Part shown: positions 62,635 through 64,000 of the stretch, one piece after another | Layout: every line of letters starts with the position of its first letter | Numbering within the stretch: position 1 is the stretch's first letter | Source: Mobula hypostoma | Lineage: Eukaryota | Direction: 5' to 3' | Length of the DNA: 64,000 bases | Assembly: GCF_963921235.1 (NCBI RefSeq) | Contig: NC_086108.1 | Coordinates: 112,036,001 to 112,100,000 of the forward strand | Position numbers and translations under genes: made by a program | Notes under the pieces: model-generated | The model's input: only the letters and a program-made list of their open reading frames with translations | What the model was told of the DNA's origin: nothing | Databases searched by the model: none

Positions 62635-63415
62635 GACCCACACCGGGAGCACAGTGTACAATTCCCATCTCTGTACCCCTCGGTCAGATCCACACTGGGA
62701 ACACAGTGTACAATTCCCATCTCTGTATCCCTGGGTCATTCTCACATCAGGAACACATACAGTTCTCATCTCTGTACCCCTGGGTCAGACCCACATTGGG
62801 AACACACTGTACAGTTCCCATCTCTGTACCCCTCGGTCAGATCCACACAGGGAACACAGTGTACAGTTCCTATATCTGTACCCCTGGGTCAGACCCACAT
62901 TGGGAACACAGTGTACAATTCCCATCTCTGTACCCCTCGGTCAGATCCACACTGGGAACACAGTGTACAATTCCCATCTCTGTATCCCTGGGTCATTCCC
63001 ACATCAGGAACACATACAGTTCTCATCTCTGTACCCCTGGGTCAGACCCACATTGGGAACACACTGTACAGTTCCCATCTCTGTATCCCTCGGTCAGATC
63101 CACACAGGGAACACAGTGTACAGTTCCTATCTCTGTACCCCTGGGTCAGACCCACATTGGGAACACAGTGTACAATTCCCATCTCTGTACCCCTCGGTCA
63201 GATCCACACTGGGAACACAGTGTACAATTCCCATCTCTGTATCCCTGGGTCATTCCCACATCAGGAACACATACAGTTCTCATCTCTGTACCCCTGGGTC
63301 AGACCCACATTGGGAACACACTGTACAGTTCCCATCTCTGTATCCCTCGGTCAGATCCACACCGAGAACACAGCGTACAGTTCCCATCTCTGTATCCCTG
63401 GGTCATTTCCACACT
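62635..63415. repeat. ~52-bp minisatellite organised as a 257-bp 5-mer higher-order repeat
   Basis: Monomer cacactgggaacacagtgtacaattcccatctctgtacccctcggtcagatc. The variant GGGTCATT recurs at 62733, 62990, 63247 and 63400. Confidence 0.9.
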
Positions 63416-64000
63416 GGTAGCACCACACAGACACAGCAGAAGAAGGTGATTCTGTGTGGAGAGATCCCGGGACACTGACTTTCTGCACCCTAACCACTCC
63501 CTCCCATGTCCAGACCCAGAGACTCTCCATCACCTCCAGACAGACTCTGTACCGGGAGGAATTCTTCGGAACATTCGGATGTGGATCACACATTTCGCTG
63601 AAGTAACACCGACACCCCTGGAATATGCAGCCAGGGGTGACAGTAGGCACAGAGACGACAGAGGTGTTTAAAAGTCTCAGACCGGCACATGATCTCCCCC
63701 ACATTCATATCCCAGATACCCCTGTCCCTCCCCATTCTCACTCCACACCACAGACTTGGTCTGATCCTCCTAACACCCCACCGGCCCTTTTCCTCAGCTG
63801 CTCCCTCCTCACCTCCTCGCACTGACTGCCCAATCCCCCCTCCACACTCTCAGTCCCAACACAGGCCTCCTGACCCCGAAACGTCAAGTGTCCCTCTGCC
63901 TCCACAGATGACGTGTGGACAACTGAGACCCTCCAGTGGGTACACGAGAGATGCTGATGCTGGAATCAGGAACAACACCGAGACTCTGTAACCCTTCACT

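Noticed and set aside
62570..63478. Repetitive 302-aa ORF, or a CRISPR-like array
   Set aside because: The repeat period (257) is not a multiple of 3 and all frames are open; there are no unique spacers or cas genes, and the context is eukaryotic.
63534..63704. ORF with CRCYFSEMCDP resembling the CTBS exon-1 CxC-x5-CxP motif
   Set aside because: Its N-terminal part is antisense CR1 3' debris, it lacks a convincing signal peptide, the donor is weak, and no exons 2-6 follow.

Overview
Repeat-dense vertebrate genomic DNA, most likely from a cartilaginous fish. This is an inference from the repeat mix: CR1, Rex1/Babar-like, Penelope, RTE-derived and V-SINE elements. The one complete host gene is a 7-exon, minus-strand, 375-aa paralog of di-N-acetylchitobiase (CTBS, glycoside hydrolase family 18) at 16563-35097. 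All its splice sites are GT-AG and phase-compatible, but the catalytic DxxDxDxE-type motif reads [10 protein letters not shown], with Leu at the catalytic Glu position. It therefore looks like a chitobiase-derived pseudoenzyme or chi-lectin. It sits in a tandem array: a second exon 7 with a premature stop lies at 43129-43314, and positions 1-17230 are a rearranged copy of 33237-43913 in which exon 1 is missing. Other contents: a decayed CsRn1-type Ty3/Gypsy element with a tRNA-Trp primer-binding site and a -1 frameshift signal; Penelope-derived minimal hammerhead ribozyme motifs, one of them sense within the probable 3' UTR; an ~8.7-kb fold-back palindrome around a GA/CT tract; a near full-length CR1; and several minisatellites.
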